Assembly: GCF_003991155.1 (NCBI RefSeq)
Contig: NZ_CP031293.1
DNA: 64,000 nt
Source of the DNA: Escherichia coli
GTDB lineage: Bacteria > Pseudomonadota > Gammaproteobacteria > Enterobacterales > Enterobacteriaceae
Direction: 5' to 3' (one strand)
Made by a program: the position numbers and the translations under genes. The notes beneath the pieces are model-generated. The model was given only the letters and a program-made list of their open reading frames with translations. It had not been told where the DNA came from and searched no databases. Shown in pieces: positions 1-17,875 of the stretch (the stretch's first letter is position 1; every line of letters begins with the position of its first letter).

Positions 1-631
1 TTACCTTGCGCTTCTCGCGGAAGATATTGAACGCGATATTCCCTACGATCCCGAACCCATTGGCAGATACAACGTCGCGCCGGGAACCAAAGTTCTTCTG
101 CTCAGTGAACGTGATGAACACCTTCATCTGGATCCGGTTTTCTGGGGATATGCTCCCGGATGGTGGGATAAACCGCCGCTGATTAACGCCCGCGTAGAAA
201 CTGCGGCCACCAGTCGTATGTTTAAACCGCTCTGGCAACATGGTCGGGCAATCTGTTTTGCCGATGGCTGGTTTGAGTGGAAAAAAGAAGGCGACAAAAA
301 ACAGCCTTATTTTATCTATCGCGCTGATGGACAACCTGTTTTTATGGCCGCGATAGGTAGCACACCGTTTGAGCGCGGTGACGAAGCCGAAGGATTTTTA
401 ATTGTCACTGCAGCAGCAGACCAGGGTCTGGTAGATATTCATGACCGCCGCCCGCTGGTTCTGTCGCCAGAAGCTGCACAGGAATGGATGCGGCAAGAGA
501 TTGGCGGTAAAGAAGCATCAGAAATTGCTACCAACGGCTGTGTGCCAGCAAACCAGTTCACCTGGCACCCGGTATCGCGCGCGGTGGGTAATATCAAAAA
601 CCAGGGAGCGGAGTTAATTCAACCGGTTTGA
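1..631 (+). CDS. yedK: SOS-response-associated peptidase YedK (SRAP), 5'-truncated by window start
   Basis: Frame continuous from window start; translation YLALLAEDIERDIPYDPEPIGRYNVAPG...MFKPLWQHGRAICFADGWFEWKK matches my recollection of YedK; stop at 631. Confidence 0.85.
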   Translation, partial: YLALLAEDIERDIPYDPEPIGRYNVAPGTKVLLLSERDEHLHLDPVFWGYAPGWWDKPPLINARVETAATSRMFKPLWQHGRAICFADGWFEWKKEGDKKQPYFIYRADGQPVFMAAIGSTPFERGDEAEGFLIVTAAADQGLVDIHDRRPLVLSPEAAQEWMRQEIGGKEASEIATNGCVPANQFTWHPVSRAVGNIKNQGAELIQPV

Positions 632-1035
632 TAAGCCAGGAGACTATTGATCAATAATACTGCGTCATAAGAAATCTCTATTAGACAAAGTAGACGCTCC
701 TTCCACATGCGCCACAAGAAACCTCTATTCCAGTGACACAATTACGCCTGATTATTTCCCTAGCCCGGAATATGAATAAAAACATCAACAAAGATTAAAT
801 TATTCAAACGTTACTGTTGCGTCTGCGGTCGTAACAACAACCGACCTGGTGATGCGTGTTAAAGGAGACACTCTGATGTTCAGGGGGGTTATCACGTATA
901 CGGATCGTGGATGGCAGAAAACAATCAGGATCAGGTATCCATTTTAAACCAGAAATTGAGTGAGTTTGCCCCATCCATGCCCCACGCTGTGGGATCGGAT
1001 GTAATTAAACAAGCATAGTCAACAGGTTACAAAAC

Positions 1036-1350
1036 CTACACCTGCATGGACATCACTTCCTGATACGCCGCCACCAGCTTATTACGCACCTGAATCCCCA
1101 TTTGCATTGAAACTGAGGCTTTTTGCATATCGGTCATCACATCGTTTAACGCCACGCCGGGTTCACCGAGGGTGAATTTTTCTGCCTGCGTGCGGGCGGC
1201 TGTTTGTGTATCGCTTATGCGATCGAGCGCGGCGTGCAGCTGCCCGGCAAAACTAATGGTCGGTTGTGGCAGTGATTCCTGCGCACGCGCACTCATCGCC
1301 GTAGCCTGTAACTGGCTGATAACCCCTTCAATCCCCTGTATCGCTGACAT
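1036..1350 (-). CDS. fliE: Flagellar hook-basal body complex protein FliE (104 aa)
   Basis: ORF 1036..1380 trimmed to Met11 ([15 protein letters not shown]...); divergent from fliF as in enterobacterial flagellar region. Confidence 0.93.
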   Translation of the reverse strand: MSAIQGIEGVISQLQATAMSARAQESLPQPTISFAGQLHAALDRISDTQTAARTQAEKFTLGEPGVALNDVMTDMQKASVSMQMGIQVRNKLVAAYQEVMSMQV

Positions 1351-1564
1351 TTTCGTCTCCCGAATAATTTCTGGTAGCAAAGCCTACCAGTAAGTCAATA
1401 AGACAAAGGCGCTAAATAGCAACAAAAAAACGGGTTTATTGGCGGATAGAAAAAAACGAAAGCACAAATAATGGCAGCGTCAATTTTTCGAGTTTGCTGA
1501 CCCGGGAGTGAGTCTTGTTCCACTTTGCCAATAACGCCGTCCATAATCAGCCACGAGGTGCGCG
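1351..1564. promoter_or_regulatory. fliE-fliF divergent intergenic region, expected to hold FlhDC-dependent class 2 flagellar promoters
   Basis: Position between divergently transcribed fliE and fliF; established flagellar regulon organisation; no motif was located precisely. Confidence 0.45.
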
Positions 1565-4889
<3,325 letters not shown>

Positions 4890-4890
<1 letters not shown>

Positions 4891-6263
4891 TGACCACGCG
4901 CCTGACTCGCTGGCTAACCACGCTGGATAACTTCGAAGCTAAAATGGCGCAGTTGCCTGCGGTACGTCGCTACGGGCGATTAACCCGCGCTACCGGGCTG
5001 GTGCTGGAAGCCACCGGATTACAATTGCCGCTCGGCGCAACCTGTGTGATTGAGCGCCAGAACGGCAGCGAAACTCACGAAGTAGAAAGCGAAGTCGTTG
5101 GCTTTAACGGTCAACGGCTGTTTTTAATGCCGCTGGAGGAAGTCGAAGGTGTCCTGCCCGGCGCGCGTGTTTATGCCAAAAACATTTCGGCAGAAGGGCT
5201 GCAAAGCGGCAAGCAGTTGCCGCTCGGTCCGGCGTTATTAGGTCGCGTTCTGGACGGCAGCGGTAAACCGCTTGATGGCCTCCCCTCCCCCGATACGACG
5301 GAAACCGGTGCGCTGATTACCCCGCCATTTAACCCATTGCAACGTACACCGATTGAACATGTGCTGGACACCGGCGTGCGCCCAATCAATGCCCTGCTTA
5401 CCGTCGGGCGCGGGCAGCGTATGGGGCTGTTTGCCGGGTCCGGAGTTGGTAAAAGTGTGCTGCTGGGGATGATGGCCCGTTACACCCGCGCCGATGTCAT
5501 TGTCGTGGGTTTGATTGGTGAACGAGGGCGCGAAGTAAAAGATTTTATTGAGAATATCCTCGGTGCCGAAGGACGTGCACGCTCCGTGGTGATTGCCGCT
5601 CCAGCGGATGTTTCTCCGCTCCTGCGAATGCAGGGTGCCGCCTATGCCACGCGCATTGCCGAAGATTTTCGCGATCGTGGTCAGCATGTGTTGCTGATTA
5701 TGGACTCCCTCACCCGCTACGCGATGGCCCAGCGTGAAATTGCGCTGGCGATTGGCGAACCACCTGCCACTAAAGGTTATCCACCGTCGGTGTTTGCCAA
5801 ATTACCGGCACTGGTCGAGCGTGCCGGAAATGGCATTAGCGGCGGCGGCTCGATTACCGCGTTTTATACCGTGCTCACCGAAGGCGATGACCAGCAGGAC
5901 CCCATTGCCGACTCCGCGCGGGCAATCCTCGACGGTCACATTGTGCTGTCTCGCCGACTGGCGGAAGCCGGGCACTATCCGGCTATCGATATTGAAGCGT
6001 CGATCAGCCGCGCAATGACGGCGTTGATCAGCGAGCAACATTATGCGCGAGTGCGCACCTTCAAACAGCTGTTGTCGAGTTTTCAGCGTAACCGCGATCT
6101 GGTTAGCGTCGGTGCGTATGCCAAAGGCAGCGATCCAATGCTCGATAAAGCCATCGCCCTGTGGCCGCAGCTGGAGGGCTATTTGCAACAAGGCATTTTT
6201 GAACGCGCGGACTGGGAAGCGTCTCTCCAGGGGCTGGAGCGTATTTTCCCGACAGTGTCATAA
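4890..6263 (+). CDS. fliI: Flagellum-specific ATP synthase FliI (457 aa)
   Basis: Walker A motif GSGVGKS, 457 aa, position in operon. Confidence 0.96.
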
Positions 6264-6281
6264 CCCAGGAGATAACGGCAG

Positions 6282-6725
6282 ATGGCAGAACATGGTGCGC
6301 TGGCGACCCTGAAAGATCTGGCAGAAAAAGAGGTAGAGGATGCCGCGCGCCTGCTGGGTGAAATGCGTCGCGGATGTCAGCAGGCGGAAGAACAGCTCAA
6401 AATGCTGATCGATTATCAGAATGAATATCGCAATAACCTCAATAGCGATATGAGTGCCGGGATGACCAGCAACCGCTGGATCAACTATCAGCAGTTTATC
6501 CAGACGCTGGAAAAAGCCATTACTCAGCATCGCCAGCAACTTAATCAGTGGACGCAGAAAGTTGACATTGCCCTGAACAGCTGGCGAGAAAAGAAACAAC
6601 GTTTGCAGGCCTGGCAGACACTGCAGGAACGGCAATCCACGGCGGCACTGCTTGCAGAAAACCGCCTCGATCAGAAAAAGATGGATGAGTTCGCCCAGCG
6701 CGCCGCCATGAGGAAACCTGAATGA
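6282..6725 (+). CDS. fliJ: Flagellar export chaperone FliJ (147 aa)
   Basis: 147-aa coiled-coil protein following fliI. Confidence 0.93.
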   Translation: MAEHGALATLKDLAEKEVEDAARLLGEMRRGCQQAEEQLKMLIDYQNEYRNNLNSDMSAGMTSNRWINYQQFIQTLEKAITQHRQQLNQWTQKVDIALNSWREKKQRLQAWQTLQERQSTAALLAENRLDQKKMDEFAQRAAMRKPE

Positions 6726-7849
6726 TTCGCATAGCGCCCTTGATTACCGCTGACGTTGATAACGCCACATTGCCTGGCGGCAAAGCCAGCGATGCTGCAC
6801 AAGATTTTCTCGCGTTGTTGAGCGAAGCATTAACAGGTGAGGCAACAACCGACAAAGCGACTCCCCAGTTGCTGGTGGCAACAGATAAGCCCACGGCAAA
6901 AGGCGAGCCGCTGGTCAGCGATATTCTTTCAGACGCGCAACAAGCAGATTTACTGATCCCTGTGGATGAAACACCGCCTGTCATCAACGACGAACAATCC
7001 ACATTAACACCGTTAACCACCGCTCAGACGATAACGTTGGCTGCGGCGGCTGACAACAATACGGCAAAAGACGAAAAAGCGGATGATCTGAATGAAGACG
7101 TCACCGCAAGCCTGAGTGCCCTTTTTGCGATGTTGCCGGGTTTTGACAATACGCCCAAAGTGACTGATGCACCGTCAACCGTGTTACCGACAGAGAAACC
7201 AACGCTTTTCACAAAACTGACTTCTGCGCAACTCACTACAGCACAGCCTGATGACGGCCCCGGCACGCCAGCTCAGCCATTAACACCGCTGGTAGCAGAA
7301 GCCCAGAGTAAAGCGGAAGTCATCAGCACGCCTTCGTCGGTGACCGCTGCCGCCAGCCCGCTAATCACTCCACACCAGACACAGCCACTGCCCACCGTCG
7401 CCGCGCCTGTTTTGAGTGCACCGCTGGGTTCTCACGAATGGCAACAATCATTAAGCCAGCATATTTCGCTGTTCACCCGCCAGGGGCAACAAAGTGCAGA
7501 GTTGCGTCTGCACCCACAGGATTTAGGTGAAGTGCAAATTTCCCTCAAAGTGGATGATAACCAGGCGCAAATCCAGATGGTTTCACCGCATCAGCACGTA
7601 CGCGCCGCCCTGGAAGCAGCGCTGCCGGTACTGCGTACGCAGCTGGCCGAAAGTGGCATTCAGTTAGGGCAAAGCAACATCAGTGGCGAAAGCTTTAGTG
7701 GTCAGCAGCAGGCCGCTTCCCAACAACAGCAAAGCCAACGCACAGCAAACCATGAACCTCTGGCGGGGGAAGACGACGATACGCTTCCGGTTCCCGTCTC
7801 TTTACAAGGGCGTGTAACAGGCAACAGCGGCGTTGATATTTTCGCCTAA
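6722..7849 (+). CDS. fliK: Flagellar hook-length control protein FliK (375 aa)
   Basis: 375 aa, Pro/Thr/Ala/Gln-rich, overlaps fliJ stop. Confidence 0.93.
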   Translation: MIRIAPLITADVDNATLPGGKASDAAQDFLALLSEALTGEATTDKATPQLLVATDKPTAKGEPLVSDILSDAQQADLLIPVDETPPVINDEQSTLTPLTTAQTITLAAAADNNTAKDEKADDLNEDVTASLSALFAMLPGFDNTPKVTDAPSTVLPTEKPTLFTKLTSAQLTTAQPDDGPGTPAQPLTPLVAEAQSKAEVISTPSSVTAAASPLITPHQTQPLPTVAAPVLSAPLGSHEWQQSLSQHISLFTRQGQQSAELRLHPQDLGEVQISLKVDDNQAQIQMVSPHQHVRAALEAALPVLRTQLAESGIQLGQSNISGESFSGQQQAASQQQQSQRTANHEPLAGEDDDTLPVPVSLQGRVTGNSGVDIFA

Positions 7850-7953
7850 CGTCAGAGGTAGCACCGTAATCCGCGTCTTTTCCCCGCTTTGTTGCGCTCA
7901 AGACGCAGGATAATTAGCCGATAAGCAGTAGCGATACAGGAAGACCGCAACAC

Positions 7954-8418
7954 ATGACTGATTACGCGATAAGCAAGAAAAGCAAGCGATCGCTTTGGAT
8001 CCCGATTCTGGTATTCATTACCCTCGCGGCCTGTGCCAGCGCAGGTTACAGCTACTGGCATTCGCATCAGGTTGCCGCTGAAGACAAAGCGCAGCAACGC
8101 GTCGTGCCCTCCCCGGTCTTCTATGCGCTGGATACCTTTACAGTCAATCTGGGCGATGCGGATCGCGTGCTTTATATCGGCATAACCCTGCGACTGAAAG
8201 ATGAAGCTACCCGCTCGCGGCTGAGTGAGTATTTGCCGGAAGTCCGTAGCCGTTTGCTGTTACTGTTTTCGCGTCAGGATGCTGCCGTACTGGCGACAGA
8301 AGAAGGCAAGAAAAACCTGATTGCCGAGATTAAAACCACACTTTCCACCCCGCTTGTTGCCGGGCAACCGAAACAGGATGTCACCGACGTGCTGTATACC
8401 GCTTTTATTCTGCGATAA
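7954..8418 (+). CDS. fliL: Flagellar basal body-associated protein FliL (154 aa)
   Basis: 154 aa with single N-terminal TM helix; first gene of fliLMNOPQR. Confidence 0.93.
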   Translation: MTDYAISKKSKRSLWIPILVFITLAACASAGYSYWHSHQVAAEDKAQQRVVPSPVFYALDTFTVNLGDADRVLYIGITLRLKDEATRSRLSEYLPEVRSRLLLLFSRQDAAVLATEEGKKNLIAEIKTTLSTPLVAGQPKQDVTDVLYTAFILR

Positions 8419-8422
8419 CGAC

Positions 8423-9427
8423 ATGGGCGATAGTATTCTTTCTCAAGCTGAAATTGATGCGCTGTTGAATGGTGACAGCGAAGTCAAAGACGAACCGACG
8501 GCCAGTGTTAGCGGCGATAGTGACATTCGTCCGTACGATCCGAATACCCAACGACGGGTTGTGCGCGAACGTTTGCAGGCGCTGGAAATCATTAATGAGC
8601 GCTTTGCCCGCCATTTTCGTATGGGGCTGTTCAACCTGCTGCGCCGTAGCCCGGATATTACCGTCGGGGCCATCCGCATTCAGCCGTACCATGAATTTGC
8701 CCGCAACCTGCCGGTGCCGACCAACCTGAACCTTATCCATCTGAAACCGCTGCGCGGCACAGGGCTGGTGGTGTTCTCACCGAGTCTGGTGTTTATCGCT
8801 GTGGATAACCTGTTTGGCGGCGATGGACGCTTCCCGACCAAAGTGGAAGGCCGCGAGTTTACCCATACAGAACAGCGCGTCATCAATCGCATGTTAAAGC
8901 TGGCGCTTGAAGGCTATAGCGACGCCTGGAAGGCGATTAATCCGCTGGAAGTTGAGTACGTGCGTTCGGAAATGCAGGTGAAATTTACCAATATCACCAC
9001 CTCGCCGAACGACATTGTGGTTAACACGCCGTTCCATGTGGAGATTGGCAACCTGACCGGCGAATTTAATATCTGCCTGCCATTCAGCATGATCGAGCCG
9101 CTACGGGAATTGTTGGTTAACCCGCCGCTGGAAAACTCGCGTAATGAAGATCAGAACTGGCGCGATAACCTGGTGCGCCAGGTGCAGCATTCACAGCTGG
9201 AACTGGTGGCCAACTTTGCCGATATCTCGCTACGCCTGTCGCAGATTTTAAAACTGAAACCCGGCGACGTCCTGCCGATAGAAAAACCCGATCGCATCAT
9301 CGCCCATGTTGACGGCGTCCCGGTGCTGACCAGTCAGTACGGCACCCTCAACGGTCAGTATGCGTTACGGATAGAACATTTGATTAACCCGATTTTAAAT
9401 TCTCTGAACGAGGAACAGCCCAAATGA
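8423..9427 (+). CDS. fliM: Flagellar motor switch protein FliM (334 aa)
   Basis: ORF 8321..9427 trimmed to MGDSILSQAEIDALL start (334 aa), right after fliL stop. Confidence 0.93.
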   Translation: MGDSILSQAEIDALLNGDSEVKDEPTASVSGDSDIRPYDPNTQRRVVRERLQALEIINERFARHFRMGLFNLLRRSPDITVGAIRIQPYHEFARNLPVPTNLNLIHLKPLRGTGLVVFSPSLVFIAVDNLFGGDGRFPTKVEGREFTHTEQRVINRMLKLALEGYSDAWKAINPLEVEYVRSEMQVKFTNITTSPNDIVVNTPFHVEIGNLTGEFNICLPFSMIEPLRELLVNPPLENSRNEDQNWRDNLVRQVQHSQLELVANFADISLRLSQILKLKPGDVLPIEKPDRIIAHVDGVPVLTSQYGTLNGQYALRIEHLINPILNSLNEEQPK

Positions 9428-9837
9428 GTGACATGAATAATCCGGCCGATGACAACAACGGCGCAATGGACGATCTGTGGGCTGAAGCGTTGAGCGAGCA
9501 AAAATCAACCAGCAGCAAAAGCGCTGCCGACGCGGTGTTCCAGCAATTTGGCGGTGGTGATGTCAGCGGAACGTTGCAGGATATCGACCTGATTATGGAT
9601 ATTCCGGTCAAGCTGACCGTCGAGCTGGGCCGCACACGAATGACCATCAAAGAGTTATTGCGTCTGACGCAAGGGTCCGTCGTGGCGCTGGACGGTCTGG
9701 CGGGCGAACCGCTGGATATTCTGATCAACGGTTATTTAATTGCTCAGGGCGAAGTTGTCGTAGTCGCTGATAAATATGGCGTGCGGATCACCGATATCAT
9801 TACTCCGTCTGAGCGGATGCGTCGCCTGAGCCGTTAG
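9424..9837 (+). CDS. fliN: Flagellar motor switch protein FliN (137 aa)
   Basis: 137 aa; C-terminal SpoA-like region; overlaps fliM stop. Confidence 0.94.
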   Translation: MSDMNNPADDNNGAMDDLWAEALSEQKSTSSKSAADAVFQQFGGGDVSGTLQDIDLIMDIPVKLTVELGRTRMTIKELLRLTQGSVVALDGLAGEPLDILINGYLIAQGEVVVVADKYGVRITDIITPSERMRRLSR

Positions 9838-9839
9838 TG

Positions 9840-10205
9840 ATGAATAACCACGCTACTGTGCAATCTTCCGCGCCGGTATCTGCTGCGCCACTGCTGCAGG
9901 TGAGCGGCGCACTCATCGCCATTATTGCCCTGATCCTCGCTGCTGCCTGGCTGGTAAAACGGCTGGGATTTGCCCCGAAACGCACTGGCGTTAACGGTCT
10001 GAAAATTAGCGCCAGTGCTTCACTGGGCGCGCGTGAACGGGTTGTGGTTGTCGATGTGGAAGATGCACGGCTGGTGCTCGGCGTTACCGCAGGGCAAATC
10101 AATCTGCTGCATAAACTTCCCCCTTCAGCACCAACGGAAGAGATACCGCAGACCGATTTTCAGTCGGTTATGAAAAACTTGCTTAAGCGTAGCGGGAGAT
10201 CCTGA
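9840..10205 (+). CDS. fliO: Flagellar biosynthesis protein FliO (121 aa)
   Basis: Small single-TM protein between fliN and fliP; second Met of ORF chosen. Confidence 0.88.
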   Translation: MNNHATVQSSAPVSAAPLLQVSGALIAIIALILAAAWLVKRLGFAPKRTGVNGLKISASASLGARERVVVVDVEDARLVLGVTAGQINLLHKLPPSAPTEEIPQTDFQSVMKNLLKRSGRS

Positions 10206-10942
10206 TGCGTCGTTTGTTGTCTGTCGCACCTGTCCTTCTCTGGCTGGTTACGCCCCTCGCCTTCGCGCAACTGCCGGGTATCACCAGCCAGCCGCTGCCT
10301 GGCGGTGGACAAAGCTGGTCGCTCCCGGTGCAGACGCTGGTGTTCATCACCTCGTTGACGTTTATTCCGGCAATTTTACTGATGATGACCAGTTTCACCC
10401 GCATCATCATTGTTTTTGGTTTATTGCGTAACGCGTTGGGAACACCCTCCGCGCCACCTAACCAGGTATTGCTGGGACTGGCGCTGTTTTTGACCTTTTT
10501 TATTATGTCGCCGGTGATCGATAAAATTTATGTCGATGCGTACCAGCCATTCAGCGAAGAGAAAATCTCAATGCAGGAGGCGCTGGAAAAAGGGGCGCAG
10601 CCGCTGCGTGAGTTTATGCTGCGTCAGACCCGTGAGGCGGATTTAGGGTTGTTTGCCAGACTGGCGAATACTGGCCCGTTGCAGGGACCTGAAGCTGTGC
10701 CGATGCGCATTTTGCTCCCGGCCTACGTGACCAGCGAGTTGAAAACCGCATTTCAGATAGGCTTCACGATTTTCATTCCTTTTTTGATTATCGACCTGGT
10801 GATTGCCAGCGTGTTGATGGCATTGGGGATGATGATGGTTCCCCCAGCCACCATTGCTCTGCCCTTTAAACTGATGCTGTTTGTACTGGTGGATGGCTGG
10901 CAATTGCTGGTCGGTTCGCTGGCGCAGAGCTTTTACAGCTAG
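10205..10942 (+). CDS. fliP: Flagellar export apparatus protein FliP (245 aa)
   Basis: 245 aa, signal peptide plus multiple TM segments, conserved FliP sequence. Confidence 0.95.
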   Translation: MRRLLSVAPVLLWLVTPLAFAQLPGITSQPLPGGGQSWSLPVQTLVFITSLTFIPAILLMMTSFTRIIIVFGLLRNALGTPSAPPNQVLLGLALFLTFFIMSPVIDKIYVDAYQPFSEEKISMQEALEKGAQPLREFMLRQTREADLGLFARLANTGPLQGPEAVPMRILLPAYVTSELKTAFQIGFTIFIPFLIIDLVIASVLMALGMMMVPPATIALPFKLMLFVLVDGWQLLVGSLAQSFYS

Positions 10943-10951
10943 AGAGGCAAA

Positions 10952-11221
10952 ATGACACCTGAATCGGTCATGATGATGGGGACTGAAGCGATGAAAGTCG
11001 CGCTGGCACTGGCTGCCCCACTGTTGCTGGTGGCGCTGGTCACGGGTCTTATCATCAGTATTTTGCAGGCCGCCACCCAGATTAACGAAATGACGCTGTC
11101 GTTTATTCCGAAAATCATCGCCGTATTTATCGCCATTATTATTGCCGGACCGTGGATGCTCAATCTGTTGCTGGATTACGTCCGCACCTTGTTCACTAAC
11201 CTGCCGTATATCATCGGGTAG
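10952..11221 (+). CDS. fliQ: Flagellar export apparatus protein FliQ (89 aa)
   Basis: 89-aa two-TM protein. Confidence 0.94.
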   Translation: MTPESVMMMGTEAMKVALALAAPLLLVALVTGLIISILQAATQINEMTLSFIPKIIAVFIAIIIAGPWMLNLLLDYVRTLFTNLPYIIG

Positions 11222-11229
11222 GCCGTACA

Positions 11230-12015
11230 ATGATGCAGGTAACAAGCGATCAATGGCTTTCCTGGTTAAGCCTGTACTTCTGGCCGTTACTGCGCGTGCT
11301 GGCGCTCATTTCTACCGCACCAATTCTGAGCGAACGCAGCGTGCCGAAACGGGTAAAACTGGGTCTGGCAATGATGATCACGTTCGCTATTGCCCCATCA
11401 TTACCTGCCAACGATGTTCCTGTTTTTTCGTTCTTTGCTCTGTGGCTGGCCGTGCAGCAGATCCTGATCGGCATTGCGCTTGGTTTTACCATGCAATTTG
11501 CCTTTGCCGCTGTGCGAACCGCTGGTGAAATTATCGGTCTGCAAATGGGGCTGTCATTTGCGACGTTTGTCGATCCGGCCAGCCATCTCAATATGCCCGT
11601 TTTAGCGCGTATCATGGATATGCTGGCGTTACTGCTGTTCCTGACATTTAACGGTCATTTATGGTTGATTTCACTGCTGGTCGATACCTTTCACACCCTG
11701 CCAATTGGTGGCGAACCGTTGAACAGCAATGCGTTTCTGGCACTCACCAAAGCAGGGAGTTTGATTTTCCTTAACGGGCTGATGCTGGCATTACCGCTCA
11801 TTACTCTGCTGCTGACCCTGAATCTGGCATTAGGCTTACTTAATCGTATGGCCCCGCAATTATCCATTTTTGTTATTGGATTTCCATTAACTCTGACTGT
11901 CGGTATCTCTTTAATGGCGGCATTAATGCCGTTAATTGCGCCTTTTTGCGAACATTTATTCAGTGAGATGTTTAATTTGCTGGCTGATATTATTAGTGAA
12001 TTGCCATTAATATAA
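11230..12015 (+). CDS. fliR: Flagellar export apparatus protein FliR (261 aa)
   Basis: 261-aa polytopic membrane protein, last gene of the operon. Confidence 0.94.
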   Translation: MMQVTSDQWLSWLSLYFWPLLRVLALISTAPILSERSVPKRVKLGLAMMITFAIAPSLPANDVPVFSFFALWLAVQQILIGIALGFTMQFAFAAVRTAGEIIGLQMGLSFATFVDPASHLNMPVLARIMDMLALLLFLTFNGHLWLISLLVDTFHTLPIGGEPLNSNAFLALTKAGSLIFLNGLMLALPLITLLLTLNLALGLLNRMAPQLSIFVIGFPLTLTVGISLMAALMPLIAPFCEHLFSEMFNLLADIISELPLI

Positions 12016-12304
12016 TTCCGTAACGTTTATCATGTTATCCTAAGGATTATCCGAAAAATAATACCTACGAACATCTTCCAGGATACTCCTGCGGCGAAAT
12101 ATTTGTTTTAAGCTCACTCACATATCGCAACATTTACTTTACTTTAAGACAATTCCAGGCAAATTATACAACACTTTACGGGATAGTAAGTCCGCCTGAA
12201 AAATCGCGAGAGTGGCGCATTAGGTGACCCATGTTGTTCCGTTTAGTCATGATGAAATATTCAGGTAAGGGGAATTATCGTTACGCATTGAGTGAGGGTA
12301 TGCC

Positions 12305-12928
12305 ATGTCAACGATTATTATGGATTTATGTAGTTACACCCGACTAGGTTTAACCGGGTATCTGTTGAGTAGAGGGGTTAAAAAAAGAGAAATCAACGAC
12401 ATTGAAACCGTTGATGACCTTGCCATAGCTTGTGATTCACAGCGCCCTTCAGTGGTGTTTATTAATGAGGACTGTTTCATCCACGATGCTTCTAACAGTC
12501 AGCGTATCAAGCTCATCATTAATCAACATCCCAATACGTTATTTATCGTTTTTATGGCAATTGCCAATGTTCATTTTGATGAATATCTATTGGTCAGAAA
12601 AAATTTATTGATCAGTTCTAAATCGATTAAACCGGAATCTCTCGACGATATCCTTGGCGATATTCTGAAAAAAGAGACAACGATAACCTCGTTTTTAAAT
12701 ATGCCGACGTTATCATTGAGCCGAACCGAATCGAGTATGTTGCGAATGTGGATGGCAGGTCAGGGAACCATTCAAATCTCTGACCAAATGAATATCAAAG
12801 CCAAGACCGTTTCATCGCATAAAGGTAATATTAAACGTAAGATCAAAACGCATAATAAACAGGTTATCTACCATGTCGTCCGACTGACGGATAATGTGAC
12901 TAATGGTATTTTTGTCAACATGCGCTAA
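12305..12928 (+). CDS. rcsA: Capsule synthesis regulator RcsA (LuxR-type, 207 aa)
   Basis: 207 aa with C-terminal LuxR HTH; AT-rich upstream region; neighbours dsrB and dsrA. Confidence 0.93.
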
Positions 12929-12971
12929 CACATTCTGACTGGTGGTTTCCCACCAGTCAGGCTGAATTAGA

Positions 12972-13250
<279 letters not shown>

Positions 13251-13322
13251 CTATACTTAAGAGATGCCAGGCGGACTTAACGACTGGCGGCAACAACAGA
13301 GTAACGGTTGCGAGGAAAGATG

Positions 13323-13550
13323 ATGAAAACCGCAAAAGAGTACAGCGATACCGCAAAACGTGAGGTCAGCGTCGATGTCGATGCCCTGCTGGCGGCGATC
13401 AATGAAATTAGCGAAAGCGAAGTTCATCGCAGCCAGAACGATTCTGAACACGTTAGCGTCGATGGACGTGAATATCATACATGGCGTGAATTGGCGGATG
13501 CCTTCGAACTGGATATTCATGACTTCAGCGTCTCTGAAGTGAATCGTTGA
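13323..13550 (+). CDS. yodD: Small protein YodD (75 aa)
   Basis: ORF 13308..13550 trimmed to MKTAKEYSDTAKREV start. Confidence 0.85.
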   Translation: MKTAKEYSDTAKREVSVDVDALLAAINEISESEVHRSQNDSEHVSVDGREYHTWRELADAFELDIHDFSVSEVNR

Positions 13551-13563
13551 ATGCACAATAAAA

Positions 13564-13650
13564 AAATCCCGACCCTGAGGGGGTCGGGATGAAACTTGCT
13601 TAAGCAAGAAGCACTTAAAAAATTCGTTACACCAGGAAATCTGATGTGTT
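13564..13650 (-). ncRNA. dsrA: DsrA small regulatory RNA (Hfq-dependent; activates rpoS translation and antagonises H-NS)
   Basis: Reverse complement matches my recollection of DsrA, including the terminator hairpin CCCGACCCCCTCAGGGTCGGG plus U-run on the minus strand. Confidence 0.85.
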
Positions 13651-13829
13651 CATCACCTTATCCGCAATTTTTTTCGCTGACAAGAAAATATTCGTGATAT
13701 GAATGATTAACGCTACTTATGAATAGAAATGTGACGCGCGTCACCCCTTGGTGGCTCTGGCGTCAACGGGATCGCTCCCGAAAAAATCATCTTTGATAAT
13801 TTGTGCTGTTTTGAGAATCATCCTGGTAA

Positions 13830-16354
<2,525 letters not shown>

Positions 16355-16524
16355 CCTGACGACTCCAAACCTGCTTTTTTATGATTCTGGCATAACCCGG
16401 CGATAACGTACCGCAAAACAGCGATAATTTTATAATGGTGGCATGATAAGACGCGACTATCATTCATTGCAGGCATTGGCACACCAGGCCGGATGTGATC
16501 CGGCCTGGTGTTAATGATACCCTT

Positions 16525-16707
16525 TCAAACTTCTTCCGCAGAACGACTCCCCTCCCCCGGAACAAGCTCGGTTTCATGAAAAGCTTCCCGCTTGACCCCG
16601 TAACCGTCATACCAACGACACTCAACCATACCGCTGGAGTATCCAGTGACAATCATCCGCGGGCCGCCCTCTTTAACCGTAACTTCCTCACTAACCATAA
16701 AGCTCAT
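16525..16707 (-). CDS. yodC: Small protein YodC (60 aa)
   Basis: 60-aa ORF MSFMVSEEVTVKEGGPRMIVTGY... Confidence 0.8.
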   Translation of the reverse strand: MSFMVSEEVTVKEGGPRMIVTGYSSGMVECRWYDGYGVKREAFHETELVPGEGSRSAEEV

Positions 16708-16785
16708 ACTCGCCTCCTTTTTTCGAGTGAAACTTGTTCACCTTAGTTGAAGATGGCGAATTTTGCATAATAGCCTGTGCGAGTA

Positions 16786-17703
16786 TTAATGTGCCTGACC
16801 GCGCATTTTCGCTACGGCTTTCACTCCCAGCACCACGATGCCGCCGATGATAAATCCAAGAATCAGATTTAAAACAGTCGGTAATATCATCGCCACCACT
16901 GCACTTTGCTGCCCGGCGAAATGTTCAATGGCGTGATGCAACGGCGCAATACCATGTACCACAATCCCGCCGCCGACGAGGAACATCGCCAGCGTGCCGA
17001 CAATCGATAATGCTTTCATCAGCCAGGGCGCGATAATCAATAACCCTTTACCTAATGCCTGCATCAGCGCGCTGGATTTTTCCGCCAGCCAATACCCCAG
17101 GTCATCAATCTTAACGATAACCCCTACCAGACCGTAGACGCCCACGGTCACTACCAGCGCGATGCCTGAAAGCACCAGCACCTGATTAAGCAACGGTGCC
17201 TCTGCCACAATCCCCAGCGTGATGGCGACGATTTCCGCAGACAAAATAAAATCGGTACGAATCGCCCCTTTTATTTTGTCTTTTTCAAACTTCAGCGGAT
17301 CCTGCGCCGCCAGCTTCTCCAGACGCTGCTGACTCTGCGCCGGATCTTCTTTATGTTTACGCGCCTCCAGCATATGCAGCACTTTCTCTACCCCTTCAAA
17401 GCAGAGAAACGCGCCGCCAATCATCAACAGTGGCGTAATCGCCCACGGGATAAACGCACTGATGATCAGCGCCAGCGGCACCAGAATCACTTTATTGATC
17501 AGCGATCCTTTCGCCACGCCCCAGACCACGGGAAGTTCCCGGTTGGCGCGCACGCCTGAAACTTGTTGCGCATTGAGCGATAAATCATCCCCTAATACAC
17601 CGGCGGTTTTCTTCGCCGCCAGTTTGCCCATCACGGAGATATCGTCCAGCAGTGTGGCGATATCATCGAGCAACGTCAGTAAACTACTCCCGGCCAAAAG
17701 CAT
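16786..17703 (-). CDS. yedI: Inner membrane protein YedI (DUF808, 305 aa)
   Basis: 305-aa polytopic membrane protein, conserved position. Confidence 0.9.
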   Translation of the reverse strand: MLLAGSSLLTLLDDIATLLDDISVMGKLAAKKTAGVLGDDLSLNAQQVSGVRANRELPVVWGVAKGSLINKVILVPLALIISAFIPWAITPLLMIGGAFLCFEGVEKVLHMLEARKHKEDPAQSQQRLEKLAAQDPLKFEKDKIKGAIRTDFILSAEIVAITLGIVAEAPLLNQVLVLSGIALVVTVGVYGLVGVIVKIDDLGYWLAEKSSALMQALGKGLLIIAPWLMKALSIVGTLAMFLVGGGIVVHGIAPLHHAIEHFAGQQSAVVAMILPTVLNLILGFIIGGIVVLGVKAVAKMRGQAH

Positions 17704-17875
17704 TCCCTCTCATTTTTATTTTTGAAGGGTGTAAGTATGAAGCAAAAACGGCAGCTCTGATACTTGCTTCACAGGTCAACATTTTTTTAACAATCAAGTG
17801 CAATTATATCTCTCGCCAGCAGAATGATTTTCACGTTTACTATGAACCACCTTTTTATTTCCACCGTGAGGGATT

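Noticed and set aside
8321-8422. N-terminal extension of the fliM ORF overlapping the end of fliL
   Set aside because: An internal Met gives the canonical 334-aa FliM right after the fliL stop; the extension is read-through of the upstream frame
10643-11245. 200-aa His/Gln-rich minus-strand ORF antisense to fliP-fliQ
   Set aside because: Low-complexity translation opposite conserved genes; treated as a spurious ORF
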